Assembly (NCBI GenBank): GCA_009602735.1
Contig: WELA01002258.1
Location: 295,302 to 355,581 of the forward strand
Reading direction: 5' to 3'
DNA length: 60,280 nt
From: Mesotaenium endlicherianum
Lineage: Eukaryota
The notes beneath the pieces were generated by a model. The model was not told the DNA's origin. It did not search any database and saw only the letters and a program-made list of their open reading frames with translations. Below are positions 1 through 16,051 of this stretch, piece after piece; positions within the stretch are counted from its first letter, which is position 1; the number at the start of each line of letters is the position of its first letter. The position numbers were made by a program, and so were the translations under genes.

Positions 1-178
1 GGGGGGCAAAGCAGATCATACAGGAAGGAGAAAGAAGAGGCCAGGCGGGAGAGGTGAGGACCAGAGGGACAAGAAAAGATGGAATGGCAGCGGTGTGAAG
101 GGGAGGGGGAGGGGAAGGAGGGGGATGCAAGAGGGTGAAAGGGAGCGTCGGAGAAACGGAGGACAGCTGGCGTTTTAC

Positions 179-1945
179 ATGAGCTGCTGGATGAACATCT
201 CGTGGGCGGTGGCGGGCGGCACGGCGTTGGCGTCTGACGCGCCACCGCCCTTCGACTTCTGTGCCTCCAGGCTCAGCTGCCACCTCAGCCGCCGCCCACT
301 CCCCCACACGCGGACAGGAAGGCCCGCCAGTCAGCCCGCCAGCCAGCGCTGCTTTAGCAACTCTACAAGCGCTTGATAGCAGTGAGAGAGAGAGAGAAGA
401 AGTGCAAGTGAGAGAAAAAGGGAGGAAGGGGGCCGAGGAGCAGGCAGACGAAGGAGAGTATGCAGACTAGACATTCCACAATCAAAAGGATCTCCACATA
501 GGCCTTCCCCACACAACTTTGGCAGACATGAAGTGAGGAAGGAGCACAAAGGGCCCGCCTTAGAACCAGCATCCACGAACGCATGCAAACCTGGGTGCCC
601 GCTTAAGACGGAGAGAAAAAGAGGACTTGCGATTCACCTTCGCGAGGAAGGCAAAGGCGGCTTTGGCGTCCAGTTCGCGCTCCAGATACAAGAACATCTT
701 GATGATCTGCACACACACACATACACGCCCCAGCGCACATTTAATTACACACACACACACACACAGACAGGCACACACACACACACACACAAGCGCGCGC
801 GTGCGTGCGCGTGCGCGCGCCCCGCCCAAAAAACCACAGCCCCGCTCGTCTGCCGTCGTGCATCGCGCACCACCAGATGCGCAGATGTCTTTCAACAGCT
901 GCACGACAGTGCACGCGCCTGTGACACTCTCACACGCGCCTTCATGCAGGGACCCGAGCACTGCCAGCTGGCAAGCTCTCAACGGCCCCCTCAAAACACT
1001 CACACCGACCACGCCCCGACCCACTGGCTGGCCCGACCTCACTGACAGCTCAGCCTTATCAGCGTGACAAGCATCATGGCCACCCATGTCCTCGTTTGCC
1101 CCACCCGGGCATGTCAACTGCCTGGCCACCACAACCGAATGTTCTCCTACCTAACAAACTCTACTGGCGAACCGACCCACCTGGCTATGGACCAAGGCGC
1201 ACCCGCTCCGCCTGCCAGAAGTCCACAGCAAACCGCCGCTCCAGCTAGAATATACTCTCGAGATACTCCGGCGGGGTCTCCCTCAAGTGCACCCCGCCCT
1301 CCTACATGACCACTCGTGCTACCCGAGCACAACGTTTGCCGCTCGCTCGCGGCGCCCGCCAACCTCCCCGCCACTTGGGCTCCACCCGAGCTGTCAGACG
1401 ACACTCGTCAGTCTGAGCTGTCCGTCGGCCCAAGCACACCGAGATTTACAACCCTAACGAGGAGCACCACTCAAGAACCCTAATGAAGAACCCTTGCACA
1501 TGGAAAACCCTTCCTATATGAAACTCTTGCTGCCTAGGTTACCGGGGGCACCCAGGGTATTTTGGCTTCGGGCCCTCAACCCTAAATGCAAGCGCTAGAA
1601 GCAAGACCTTCATGCTTCGACGGCTCTCTCCAAGTTGTGGCAACTGCGGTCCTACCACACTCACACCTGCACGCACGCCTACACACACACACACACTCCA
1701 CACATGCGTGCACGCACACACTCGCACCCCCTCATGAAGAGGCTAACAGGTGTCGGCAGGGGGGCACGCCCTAGGCATGCTGCGTACCAGCGAGGACAGG
1801 TCGTCCTCCGAGAGGTCGCCCGCTGGCATCTCGCCGCCCGCGGCGTCGATGGCAGCCAGCGCGGCGGGCGAGGCGAAGATGAGCGCGTAGCGCATGGGCA
1901 CCATGTTCTGGTAGTAGTACATGATCATGTCCACCATCTGCTCAT

Positions 1946-1976
<31 letters not shown>

Positions 1977-4900
1977 CATATATTTACATATATATATTTA
2001 TTTATCAATTTATTCATTAATAAATAAAAAGACATGTTTTTTCGTCATTAACATCAGATGTTCTGCATTATGTTATATGAGTAGTATCATAAATACATTG
2101 TGTATGCTTGTGCTTTATATGCACACGTATACGCATAGACATTCATGTAAGAATCACACATTGTCCCTATAATATAGTTACACACCCCTTCTTACGTACG
2201 TAGTTTGTCATGTCTGCTCATGTGCACAGTGTGCTACGCATCATGCGTGTACACACATAGGAAGTACTCTCGTGCAACGCGCACAACGATCCTGTTTGAA
2301 GGCACGTACATACATGCCAAGACCATAGTTTTGGAACACAACAAGACTTGCAAACGTCGTGAGAATGTCAGCAGAGCGCGCTGATGAAGCCCACTATCAG
2401 CTCGAAGCACTTCTATCATGTTGACATATATATATGCAGCATGTGTTTGTAGAACTAAGTTCACAAAAACACGCACAGCAACGCGTCGATGCGGATGTAG
2501 AATATGCATGAGAAGATGTGTTGCATGCATACGTATAGTAAGCACAATGTATATAAGATACCCACAACGACGCGTTAGTGCAGCTGTATGAGCGAGGCAG
2601 CAGGACCCGCCGGAGAGGATTCAGCACAGCAGCAGCAGTAGTGACTCATTTGGCCTTTAGTAAACACTTCCAGAAGCATCAAGAGGAAGAGCATGCTCGC
2701 TTCAATGAATGAGTAGTCAAGACCTACAGACTGAAGGGCGGGGAATACGCGTTAATAATGGAATGAGAAGAATGATGAGGGCTGCGATTGGACTTCACAA
2801 ATTTGGGTTTCAGGTTCAGATGTCAGGTCTACGCCTTCGGAATGGGGGGTTGAGGTTCAGGTAGAGGGGGGGACCTTGAGAGAGCGGCGGGAGGCGGGGT
2901 CGATGACAAACACTGCATGGAAGAGGTTTTTCCTGACCGAGCGTATCTGACCAGGATACATGGGCATCAGCAGCTGCGCGAGGGGGAGAGGACAACGTCA
3001 AGGAAGGAGAGACAGAGGGATGGTCAGCGCTCGAGCCGGGAGGGGAGAGAATAATATCTGACCAAAGTGTTTAGGGGCACCTTACGCCATTGGAGGTGAG
3101 CGTGGCTGCTGCGGAGGCGCCACCTGTCGAGTTCTGCCACTCGTGTAGGCACAGTCCCGGATGGTGTGTGCGACAGACACCTGGCGCTTGGAGAGAATGG
3201 GGTGCCCACCAGCAGGCATGTAGAGAAGCATTCCCTTCAGGTGCAAGCTGTGCCCGTGAGACGATGCAGGGGATAGGCGTTGCCCCTCACGACCGTCGCC
3301 GACATAGACATGCGCCATGCGGTGATACGCGTGGACACACACACGCGCAGGTACACGGACAAGCGTGCACACTCAACACACAAGAACGCACACATACACA
3401 CGCACGCGCGCACACACACGCATACGCATGCACGAGTGCGCGCGCACACACACACGCACACGCGCGCGTACTTGCACGACTTGCAACAAGCTTGCCATCA
3501 ATATCTTGAGTTTACAACATGACTAGAAGCATAGGAACAACTGCAGACAACAGCACACTCTGCAAGTAAGCGGCGGCCGGCTCCGAACGGGCGGCAGCTG
3601 CCCGGGCGGGCGGCTCTCCTCCAACAAGCAACAGGGATGAACAACACGCTGACAGGTACTGACAGGCGTTGCCAGGTGTCAACAGGAGTTGCAATAGTCG
3701 TCGAAGGGCGTCGACAGGGGTTGCAACCGAGCTGACAAGCTGTCAATGGGAGTTGCACCAGGCGCTGCGACAGGCGCCGCAACTGGCAATGCGGCAGGTG
3801 GCAGGGGCAAGACAGGGCAGAGCAGGGCAGGGCAGGGCAGGGCCGCAGGAGCGGTAGCAGCAGCGGTAGCAGCAGCGGTAGCAGCAGCGGTAGCAGCAGC
3901 GGCAGCAGTGGACACAGCAGCAGCAACAGCAGCAGCGGCACCAGGAGCCACAGCAGCAGCGGCGGCAGTGGCAGCGGCAGCGACAGGTGGCAGGTGGCAG
4001 CGGCAGCGCACCTCTTGCAGGTTGAGGCGCCAGTGGCGGTACATGGGGTCGCGCTCGATGTCGTTCAGGTAGTGCACAAACTCCTCCGACCGGAAGTCCA
4101 CGCGCACGCCCCCGGCGTCCTGCCCCTGCTGCTGCTGCGCTGCCGGCAGCCGCAGCAGCTCCTTCACCGCCGCCGCCGGGATCTGCCGCCCGGCACCGCA
4201 CGTTCGATATCAAATTACTTCTGTGTGTATGTTCCGTATCCAGGCTTTTTACCACAAGATGCCCTCGTGTGGGAGCTCCCTCGCAAAGTGTCACTTTGCA
4301 TCGATGCTTGTCTACGCTTTTCTACGCTTAAGAAGTCACATCTTAAAACGGTACGCCCCCTTTGTTTTGTTGGTTCCTCCCTTAAGGGACACATGTGGAG
4401 GAGCAGCTCTGAGAAAACGAACTCTCTGAACAGAGCAAGGTCGATTCCAAGCCAATGCAGCTCCACACCGCACCGCTCCAAATGCATGCAGCAGGAACAC
4501 AAACCCCATCGAGGCCCCGGGCCCCTCTTCTGTCTTCCCCCTTTGCCTCCTTTGGGGAGGGGGGCGTGCAGAGGAGTAAGTGGGGGATAAGTGCACACTT
4601 CAAGCTTTCGCGGTTTTAGGGGGAGACCCCACCTTGAGGCTGCTGAGGCGGGCGGCAAGCGACAGCTCCGCCTGCACCGTGTCCAGCAGGCTGCCCGCAA
4701 CAACCCAAAGAAGAAAGAACAGGAGGAAGAGGAAGACGAAGAAGAAGAAAGAGGAAAAAGAAGAAGAAGAAGAGGAAGAGGAAGAGGAAGAAGTGAGTTT
4801 CCAGCGGGCTGCCCTCAAACACGGGAAACAGCAAGTGAGCAAAAAGTGCGGGGCTCAGGCTTGGCCTGCACCGTGTCCAGCAGGCTCTGCCAGAACCACC

Positions 4901-5872
4901 AAATTACTCCCCCCCCAAAAAAGAAGATGAAAAAATGAGTCGAGCAGGTTGCCCGCAAACGCACAGAATAAAACAAGCAAGCACAGTGCGCAGGCTCAGG
5001 CTCAGCCTGCACAATGTCCAGCAGGCTGCCCGGACCACCAAAAAAAAGAGAAATAGGGAGGTGGGGGGNNNNNNNNNNNNNNNNNNNNNNNNNNNNNNNG
5101 GGGTGGGGGGGGGGCGGGAGGGGCAGGCACAAATTTCAGACTTCAGGCTCAGCCTGCACTGCGTTGCAACGTGCTGCTCTCTTGCAAGAGGATGGCAGGA
5201 CGCTGAGACCAACACCACGCACGCCTCATTCTCTAAAACCTGCTCTCCCGTTCTCCCGTTCTCCTCCTGCATGCTCCCCATGCGCGCTGTCTGTGCATGC
5301 ACACACGTGCAACACCCTGCAAGAGGCTGGCATAGGCACCCTCACGGGCAAGGGAGCAAGGGGGCGTGCACGCCCAGACAACGCACGAGAGTAGCCGATA
5401 GGGGGCTGTGCTTCTGGATGGGGGCTGGAAAGCGTTGTCTGACACTAGGATTCTTAATTTCCTTTGCTCACGGTCAAATTCAGTGTGTCGGGCTCGAGTG
5501 TCACTTTCTCAGAGTTTCAAACTGAGGGCTGTTTTGCTGGTTCACTGAGTGCTTTCATACGTGGATTACTTAGTACCAATGCTGTTTTTTTTCGTACATC
5601 GTGTTTCGAATCATTTTGGTTTTTGGTAACATGCCTCACCGGTCTGGGCAGTTTTGGGTTAGAGTGAGACTGAATAGGCACCTTAACCCTTTCAGTCTTA
5701 AAAGGCACAGGGGGGGAGGGGGGGGGGGACATAGAGCTGGGGTGAAGGGCTCACGAGAACAGGCTCAGGCTCTCCAGGTCGAGGATCTGGCCGTTGATGG
5801 CCACGATCGTGCGGCCGGGGCTGACCATCCTCTGGATGGACTGGATCTCCGCCTGGATGGTCTTGTTCAGCT

Positions 5873-5915
<43 letters not shown>

Positions 5916-8900
5916 CAACCGCACGCACGCGCGCGCACGGGTGCACAATCATGGACGTGTACACACATGCGGACGTGCACACGGACGCGCGCGCGCACGC
6001 ATGCGTGCGACATACACACACAGAGGAGACACAGACAGACACTCACTGACACACACACGCACAGTCACATGCAGTCAGAAGTACGCCCACACACGTGCAG
6101 AGACAGAACGCGCGCATACGTTCATGAGAAAGAATCTAGAGTGTCTCCGGCACCGCGAGTAAAACAGGGCGATTGTCAACACTCGCCCCGCATGCAGCAA
6201 GGAGGTTGCCTGCTTCTATCCAGCAATCATCTTCCTCCTCAGCCCTACCCCAACAAAACCAATGCCCCACCTCTGAAACCCTGTCAGACCGGACAAGAAG
6301 AGCAGCAGCGTTGACGTACACAGCAGCAGCGCTCGCATAAAGACCCCCCAATGATAGCATAGGGGAGAAGGGGGGGGGAAAAGGGGGGAGGGGGAGGGGG
6401 GGACGGGGGGAGAGTTGACGCGCGCGTGCCTTCATGCGCGAGAGGGAGGTGACGAGCGAGGGGAAGTTCTGCGAGAGGTCGTGCAGCAGCCGCAGCGGCT
6501 CCGACGACTGCACCACCCGCTGCGCGGCCTGGAACCCCAGATCTGCACGCACGGCAAGTGCAGTAGAATATGTACACGTATATACGTGTGAATATAGGTG
6601 TATACACACACAATTGACATATGTATCTGTACGTATATTCAGCTGGGGCTATGAACCCCACATCTGAACGCACGGCTCTAGGAAAATCAGGATACAAAAT
6701 ATATACGTATGAGCACATATATGTAGGCTACGTCTCTCTGCATAGACCAGTACAGTTTTTGGAGCACATGTTTGAACCCGTGTATGCATGAGTGCTTACA
6801 TGCACACGCAAACACAACGAGGCGTTTGCTTCAAAAAGCCTTACCTATAGATGTTGATAAATATAGGCATGAGTGGATGCATCGTGAGTATGCCGTAAGC
6901 ACCACTTCAGCAGCAGAGCCAGTCAGCGTTCACGTTCAGCAACTAGGGAAGAGAGAGTCCATCTTGTGCTTGCTGCTGCTTCAGTTGGGCCAACTCCAGT
7001 CCAGGAATGCCAGGACAGGTCAAGCTGACGTGGACCAAGTCCGAGCTGAGTCAGCGCTGAGTCAGAGAGAGCAAGGGTAAGCCAGCAGCGCGAGGGCTTT
7101 CCAGTGCGCAGGCAGCGAACGAGGCTGAGTCAGGGCAGTGCATGTGCGAGCAAGGCTGAGTCAGCAAGGCGAGTCAGCACGAGTCCGCAGAGCCGGGGCG
7201 AGTCACCGCCAAGTCAGCAGACGGAGAGCGGGGATGAGTTAGTCAAGGGTTGGTCAGCGCTGAGATGGCAGAGAGCAAACAGGGCTGAGTCAGCAGAGTA
7301 GCGGTGAGCCAGCAGCGCCAGGTGGATGTAGGCAATGCGAGGGTGAATCAGCGCCAAGTCAGCAGACGGAGAGCGGGGTTGACTTGCAGCGTGAGGCTAA
7401 GTCAGCAGCACCGAGGGGAAGTGAGACAGCGAAGTGGCGGCAAGTCAGCGCCAAGTCAGCAGGAGAACGAGGGGTGAGTAAGGCGAGAGGGAGGGGGGTG
7501 AGGGGGTTACCCTTGAGGTCCCAGACGTTGATGTTGTCGGAGACGCTGGCGTCATCCGCAGACAGCAGCTGGTCGCGGAACGTCAGCAGCTCCGCCGTCA
7601 GCGTCGGCTTCCTCTCCTGTTGCACGCGTCGCGTACGTGTGGACATATGTACATAAACATGTATGAACATATATGTTCATGCATGTCTTCAGACATACAT
7701 GGTCTATATAAAAAAGCGAACATTATACAGAGGCATATACATCGCTGTCAGCATCGACTTCTGCTCCCATGACGTGCGGAAAAAGAGCATTTGCTTATGC
7801 GGAGCACGCAAACTCAGGTGTGCACTAGAACGCACATGTGCATGAGGACTATTGGCGTCATCCTCAGGCTTGCTGCCCGGCATGCAAGGCGTTTCGAGTT
7901 TGGGCACACGTGACTAGGGGTGTGTGCAAGCATGAGAAATATACACAAGCAGAGGTGTTGGCGTCGGCCTAAACTTCCACTCCTGCAGCAGGCAACGCAT
8001 TCTCATTCACAGACATATCAAGGCAACATGAAAGTCACCACATGAGCACAGACTGTGGCGGCAGGGTCTGCCTCCTCCCCTGGGTCAGGGTTGGCTATGG
8101 TGTTCAAGCTTGTAAGCTCTTACACAGGGTTTGAGCGTTCAGAGTTTGGGTTATGGGTTTCGGGTTTCGGTTTTGAGGGGGTGAGGGGCCATGGCTGCTC
8201 CCTTACGATGAGCTTGGAGAAGAGGAAGCCGCGCACGTCCTGCGACAGGTCCTCCTCCTCCTGCGCCTCGTCCGCGCTCCCGTCTGCGCACAAGCAGACC
8301 CCCACCCCGACCCACCCCACCCCACCGCACACGCGCACGCACGCACACACCCACCCAGGCACGCACGCATGCACGCACACACGCAGGCACGCACACAGTC
8401 AGGCGCATGCACACACATGCACGGACGCACGCAAGCGCATCCACCCACGCACATTCACACATGCACGCACACACGACGCACGCATGCACACGACTGTTAC
8501 CACCGCCGATCCTATTCTCGCCGCAGATCAGACACGTCGTGCCACCGCCAACGGGACACGTGGCTCCAACCTCGTGCTTTCGTGGGACGACACGAGCACA
8601 AGCACGAGCACGCTCCACAGAACTCTGGAGCAGCCGGTTCGCGGAACCTTCCAATTTTTCCAAACCCCGAGCCCCCAAACCTCTTCTTCACCTCCCAGGC
8701 TACGATCCCCCAACCTCCACCTCTCCCAAACCTCCGAGACCGAGACCTCTTAAGCCCCAAAACCCCTCCCGGCCTCCTCCTGATTCATCATTCGTCAACC
8801 CCGCGCATCTCCCATATCTCCGAATGAGCATATACCCGAGGTTCATGCCCAGCAACAGTGAAGAGGGCGAACAGCTCCTGTTGGCAGCCAACCATGGGAA

Positions 8901-9115
8901 ATGGAAGCCATTCCAGCCGGCAGCGGCTCCAAGGGACCTGCTACTTGAGGTAGAAACAACAATCAGAACTGCAACACACATAGGTGCAGTTACGACGCTC
9001 ACCCCCTTTCAGAACGGACATGCACGTACTACCCTCGCTGAGAAGGTGGCCACCTGGATACAAGCATAAATGCACATCCTTGCGCACCAACTTCGACACC
9101 AGTACAGACACTCGC

Positions 9116-9208
<93 letters not shown>

Positions 9209-11106
9209 NTGCAACATTGGTATTAGACACAATTATACTAAGCCCCTGTAAAAAAATACGATCCCACATACGATGTCAACTCGCTCTTGAAACGCGGGCT
9301 CTGCTTGTGCTGGTCCGCCGATCGATCTCTTCTTTCCCTCCTCAGTCAACAGAAATAGGGGGGTACTCTCAGTTTAATGACACGCACCCCCCTTGAGGGC
9401 GCTGTCGTCAATGGCCTTGTACTCCATGTTCTTCAGCGCCAGCTCCACGCCGTAGCCGCCCAGGTGGACGGGGCCGCCGGAGCCCACGCGCGCGCACCTG
9501 TCGGCCTCCGACGCGCAGCCAGCTGGCAGCACCGGGCGGTACACGTAGGCCACCAGCCCCTGCGTGTGCAGAGAGAGAATGAGTGAGCCGAGAGAACCGG
9601 CCAATTTGAGCTGGACCCGCAATTGGAGCCAAAGTTGGAGCAAGAGTGGGAACGGGAGCGGTAGCAGGAACAGAAGGAGCAGGATGACGGGAAGGAGGAG
9701 GAGGAGGACGAGCGCCTCATGCTGGCGGCGATGCTCTCCCTATCTCCTGCCCTGTCCGTTCCGGTTGTGCTGTTCTGTTCCGCCCTTCACACATCGTGGG
9801 CGACGATGTGCAAACACACACAATCATAGTCCCAAAGCCTCGCAATGGCACCATCGGCGTCGTGGAGCCTGTTCCCTGTCGCGGCCCTACGCCAAGCGTG
9901 CAAGGCCGTCAAGAAGCCCCGGGGAAGCACTCTAAACCCTAAGCCCTGTCCCAGATGCACACGTGTGGGGAGATGGTGGAGGGTTGGGCTCAGCATACTC
10001 AGCGCATCAATACTCCAGGGACAGATGTCGAATGACGCACCCATATGAATGCGTGTGAATGGATGGGTCCTGGCAGGGGGCGGGGCGGGCCATTGACATC
10101 CAATGGAGGCGAAACGCTGCCAAGATGGGGCTATGTACGGCTGAAGGTATATCCAGGGTGATGTATATCACACGTGCACATACACGCACACACGCACACG
10201 TAAATATACATATAACATATATGTATATATATGTATGTGTGTAGGTGTATCGATAACGTAATCTCCATACAAGCACATATACGCACGCACACACTGTGAT
10301 ATGCATCTACGGCCACGTGCAAGGCAGGACCCCCAGGCAGGCCGCAGCCGGAAGGCTCCCCGCGCCTTTGCCGCCTCTTGGCACCCCTTGCCTTGAACGC
10401 ATCAGAACGGGAAAACAATACACAGCATCACCATCAAGCTTCGACACGTGCAGTCCGAAGAGCGTAGGACGCAAAAGTGGAGCACTGGAAGAGACCATGC
10501 AGACACCCACACGGCAAGATGGGAAGAAAATATCGGTTTTCTTGGTGGTGGGTGGGGGGAAGGGGNNNNNNNNNNNNNNNNNNNNNNNNNNNNNNNNNNN
10601 NNNNNNNNNNNNNNNNNNNNNNNNNNNNNNNNNNNNNNNNNNNNNNNNNNNNNNNNNGGTGGTGGGTGGGGGGAAGGGGGGGGGGTGGTGTGCGGAGGGG
10701 GGTGTGGTGAAATTTCAAAAGGTTACTGCGGAAAGTGAGTGCAAGGTCGCCATCTTTCTGCAGCCGCTGCCAGCTTTGGCCCCAGCCACGGCCAGGTGTC
10801 AGCACGCAGTGCATCTTGCACACTCGTCTGAGGCACATTCAGGTTGCCAAGTGGACATCCGATTTTTAGCGCACATGCAAGCGAGCATGATCAGACGCAC
10901 AGGTGGCGCCATGTGAGGGCGCGTGTCATGGTACCTCGCGAGCGGCAGTGGCCAGCGCCAGGTGGAGGCTCCGGAAGCACGACGTGCCAAAGGAGCCGTA
11001 CAGGACTGCCACGAGGCGGTGGTCCCCGCCAGCGCCGGGGTACAGGTGGTCCACACCCTCTATCCTCAAGTCCTTCTTAGTCTCTTCCTCCTTGTCAGAG
11101 CTAGCC
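179..11106 (-). CDS. UGGT: UDP-glucose:glycoprotein glucosyltransferase (UGGT/EBS1-like), partial, 12 exons visible; N-terminal exons not found, gene continues off the left edge
   Basis: Exons in transcription order: 10935-11106, 9388-9559, 8207-8283, 7511-7616, 6430-6542, 5755-5870, 4633-4690, 4012-4182, 2875-2973, 1788-1937, 638-706, 179-276. Junctions are AG/GT (one GC donor) and phases join from exon 9388-9559 onward. The first junction (10935/9559) is supported by homology. Peptides match plant UGGT in order: [137 protein letters not shown]. Confidence 0.93.
7030..7470. repeat. Degenerate intronic minisatellite rich in GCTGAGTCAGC / CCAAGTCAGCAG units
   Basis: Repeated ctgagtcag and ccaagtcagcag words. 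The block gccaagtcagcagacggagagcgggg occurs at ~7208 and ~7353. Confidence 0.6.
9117..9208. other. Poly-C run ending in an N (gap-fill artefact)
   Basis: 92 consecutive C followed by 'nt', the same ending as the larger run at 12560-15664. Confidence 0.8.
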
Positions 11107-12558
11107 CTGCGAGAGGGAGGGAGAAAGCGAGAGCAAGAAGGGGAGGGGGGAGGGGGGGAGGACAGCAGGGGGGAGAAAGAGAGGGACAGCAAGATGGACA
11201 GGGAGAGAGGAAGAGTGAGAGGGAGAGAACAAGAGTTGGAGGGGGGGAGAGAGAGGGGTGGAGGGAGAGAGGGAGAGATGGTGAAGGAGAGGGACAGGGG
11301 GAGAGAGAGAGAGAGAGAGAGAGAGGGACCGAGAGGAGGGGGGCGAAGAGAGAGCAAGACAGAGAAAGAAGATCAGCTGCGACTGCAATGACACCCGCTC
11401 TGCACCCTAGCCCCACGTGCTCGGCAGGCTCTTCGTTGAACCCTCGCCCTCCCTTGCCCCAACCCTAAGCCACCTCCTTGAGCCGCCTCACCCCCCTAAC
11501 CCTAACTACAATAAGTTCCTGCCCCTGTCTTCTACGCCAAATTGTCGCTTGCATTCTGACTATCTCACCCGGCACCCTTCTCTCAAACCCCACCGCTCGA
11601 GCACAAGAAGCTTCTTATCGCTCACATCCCCCTGGTCCCCCCCCTCCCAGCTTCTCAGCCCGCCTTTTCCTGCGCGCCTGGGGGGTGCATGACAGGGACA
11701 GCTGCCGCAGGAGGCGCTGTCTTCCCATGGAAAGTCTTGTTGCCTGCAACTGCTGCTGGCGTTATAGTGGAGTCCTGACCGACCCCTGCCGCGACAAGCA
11801 TGCGGCCCCCTCGTACAGCAGAAAGATGGGACGAGAACGACTTGCAGAACGCAACTGCTGTGAAAATTCTGGTGGGGCGGGCTCGGGGGCCCACTTTGCC
11901 CACACCAAAAGCGCACGCCACCTGGCGAGGTCAGTGCGAGCGGCACGCGCCGATCCTCGCTCGCTCGCGCCTACGCTTCTTTAAGCTGTCTGTTGAGAAT
12001 TAAGATTGGGCCGTGAGGTGTCTGCGCGAGACCCGCCTTTGCCGTCGTCCCCCTTGTCGCCGCAATGCTCACTTCTCCATAACCGCAGCCCGTGTGTGTA
12101 CGGACGCCAACGCATAAGAAAAGAGAGCTCTCTGCCGAGCACTCCCTTGCAATGACTGCAGCTCTCGGGCGGGCAGCTCCCTTTCAGGGGGGCCTGAGAC
12201 CCAACCTCGGACCCTCTCCTAACTCTCAGAAGATCACTCTGGGGTAAAAGCTTAAACCTCAAACCCAGAACGCCAGCCCCAGACAAGCCCCCGCCAAAAC
12301 CCTAGCCGCCCAGCCCTAACCCGGTCTCTCAGGCTGCACCTCTGAACCCTAAGTGCCAGGACCCCCCCGCTTATCTAGGGTTGAACTCGGCCTTGCCGTC
12401 AGCCCCACTGCAGCCTGACCCTCGACTGATTCTTCCCGCCCCGAGCTTCAGACGTTGCCTTCACCACCCCCAGGCCCCACCAACACTCAACCGGCTGCTT
12501 GACACCTGGAACCCGGCGGCGGGGAGCCTCCACCTGGCACCAGGCGCAGCCAAGCCCC

Positions 12559-15664
<3,106 letters not shown>

Positions 15665-15665
15665 N

Positions 15666-16051
15666 TGACCTTGCCTAGTTGGACAAGCTAGCACACTCAC
15701 ACGCACACAATCACACTCTAGAATATTCTACTACACAATCCACTAACTCCTCACGGAGTTTCTAGAAATTCCACGATCACTTTGGCACTCCACGTAATTG
15801 TACGTACTTTCTGGAACCCTCATGTTTCAATGTCCTACTTTCTGGACTCCAACCGAAATTTTCGTCACTGGACCTGTCCTTGTCACTAAATAGAATCTGT
15901 GACATTAAAAACTCACTAAAAACTTCTAAAATTCATAACTATCTCAATACTTGTCCAAATGACGTGAAATAAAGGCCAAAGTTCTTCTAAAATCACACTC
16001 TATGCACATAAAATGCTAGAAAGAAACAAACTACACTTTCATAACCTTACA
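15666..16051 (-). mobile_element. Partial LTR, family A (same family as 33146-33843 and 37054-37753)
   Basis: gaccttgcctagttggacaagctagcacactcacacgc...ctacactttcataaccttaca matches 33470-33843. The left part is lost in the poly-C gap. Confidence 0.85.

Noticed and set aside
3560..3625. Minus-strand PGQLPPVR resembling the UGGT PGQLR motif
   Set aside because: The true exon ([21 protein letters not shown]) is at 2875-2973 with correct splice sites, so this match is coincidental.
533..8830. Many ORFs rich in HT/CV/AR repeats
   Set aside because: They are translations of intronic (CA)n, (CACG)n and (CAG)n microsatellites or antisense frames of UGGT exons.
11655..11921. Short ORF with transit-peptide-like composition
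   Set aside because: No recognisable domain or splice partner, and no support beyond composition.
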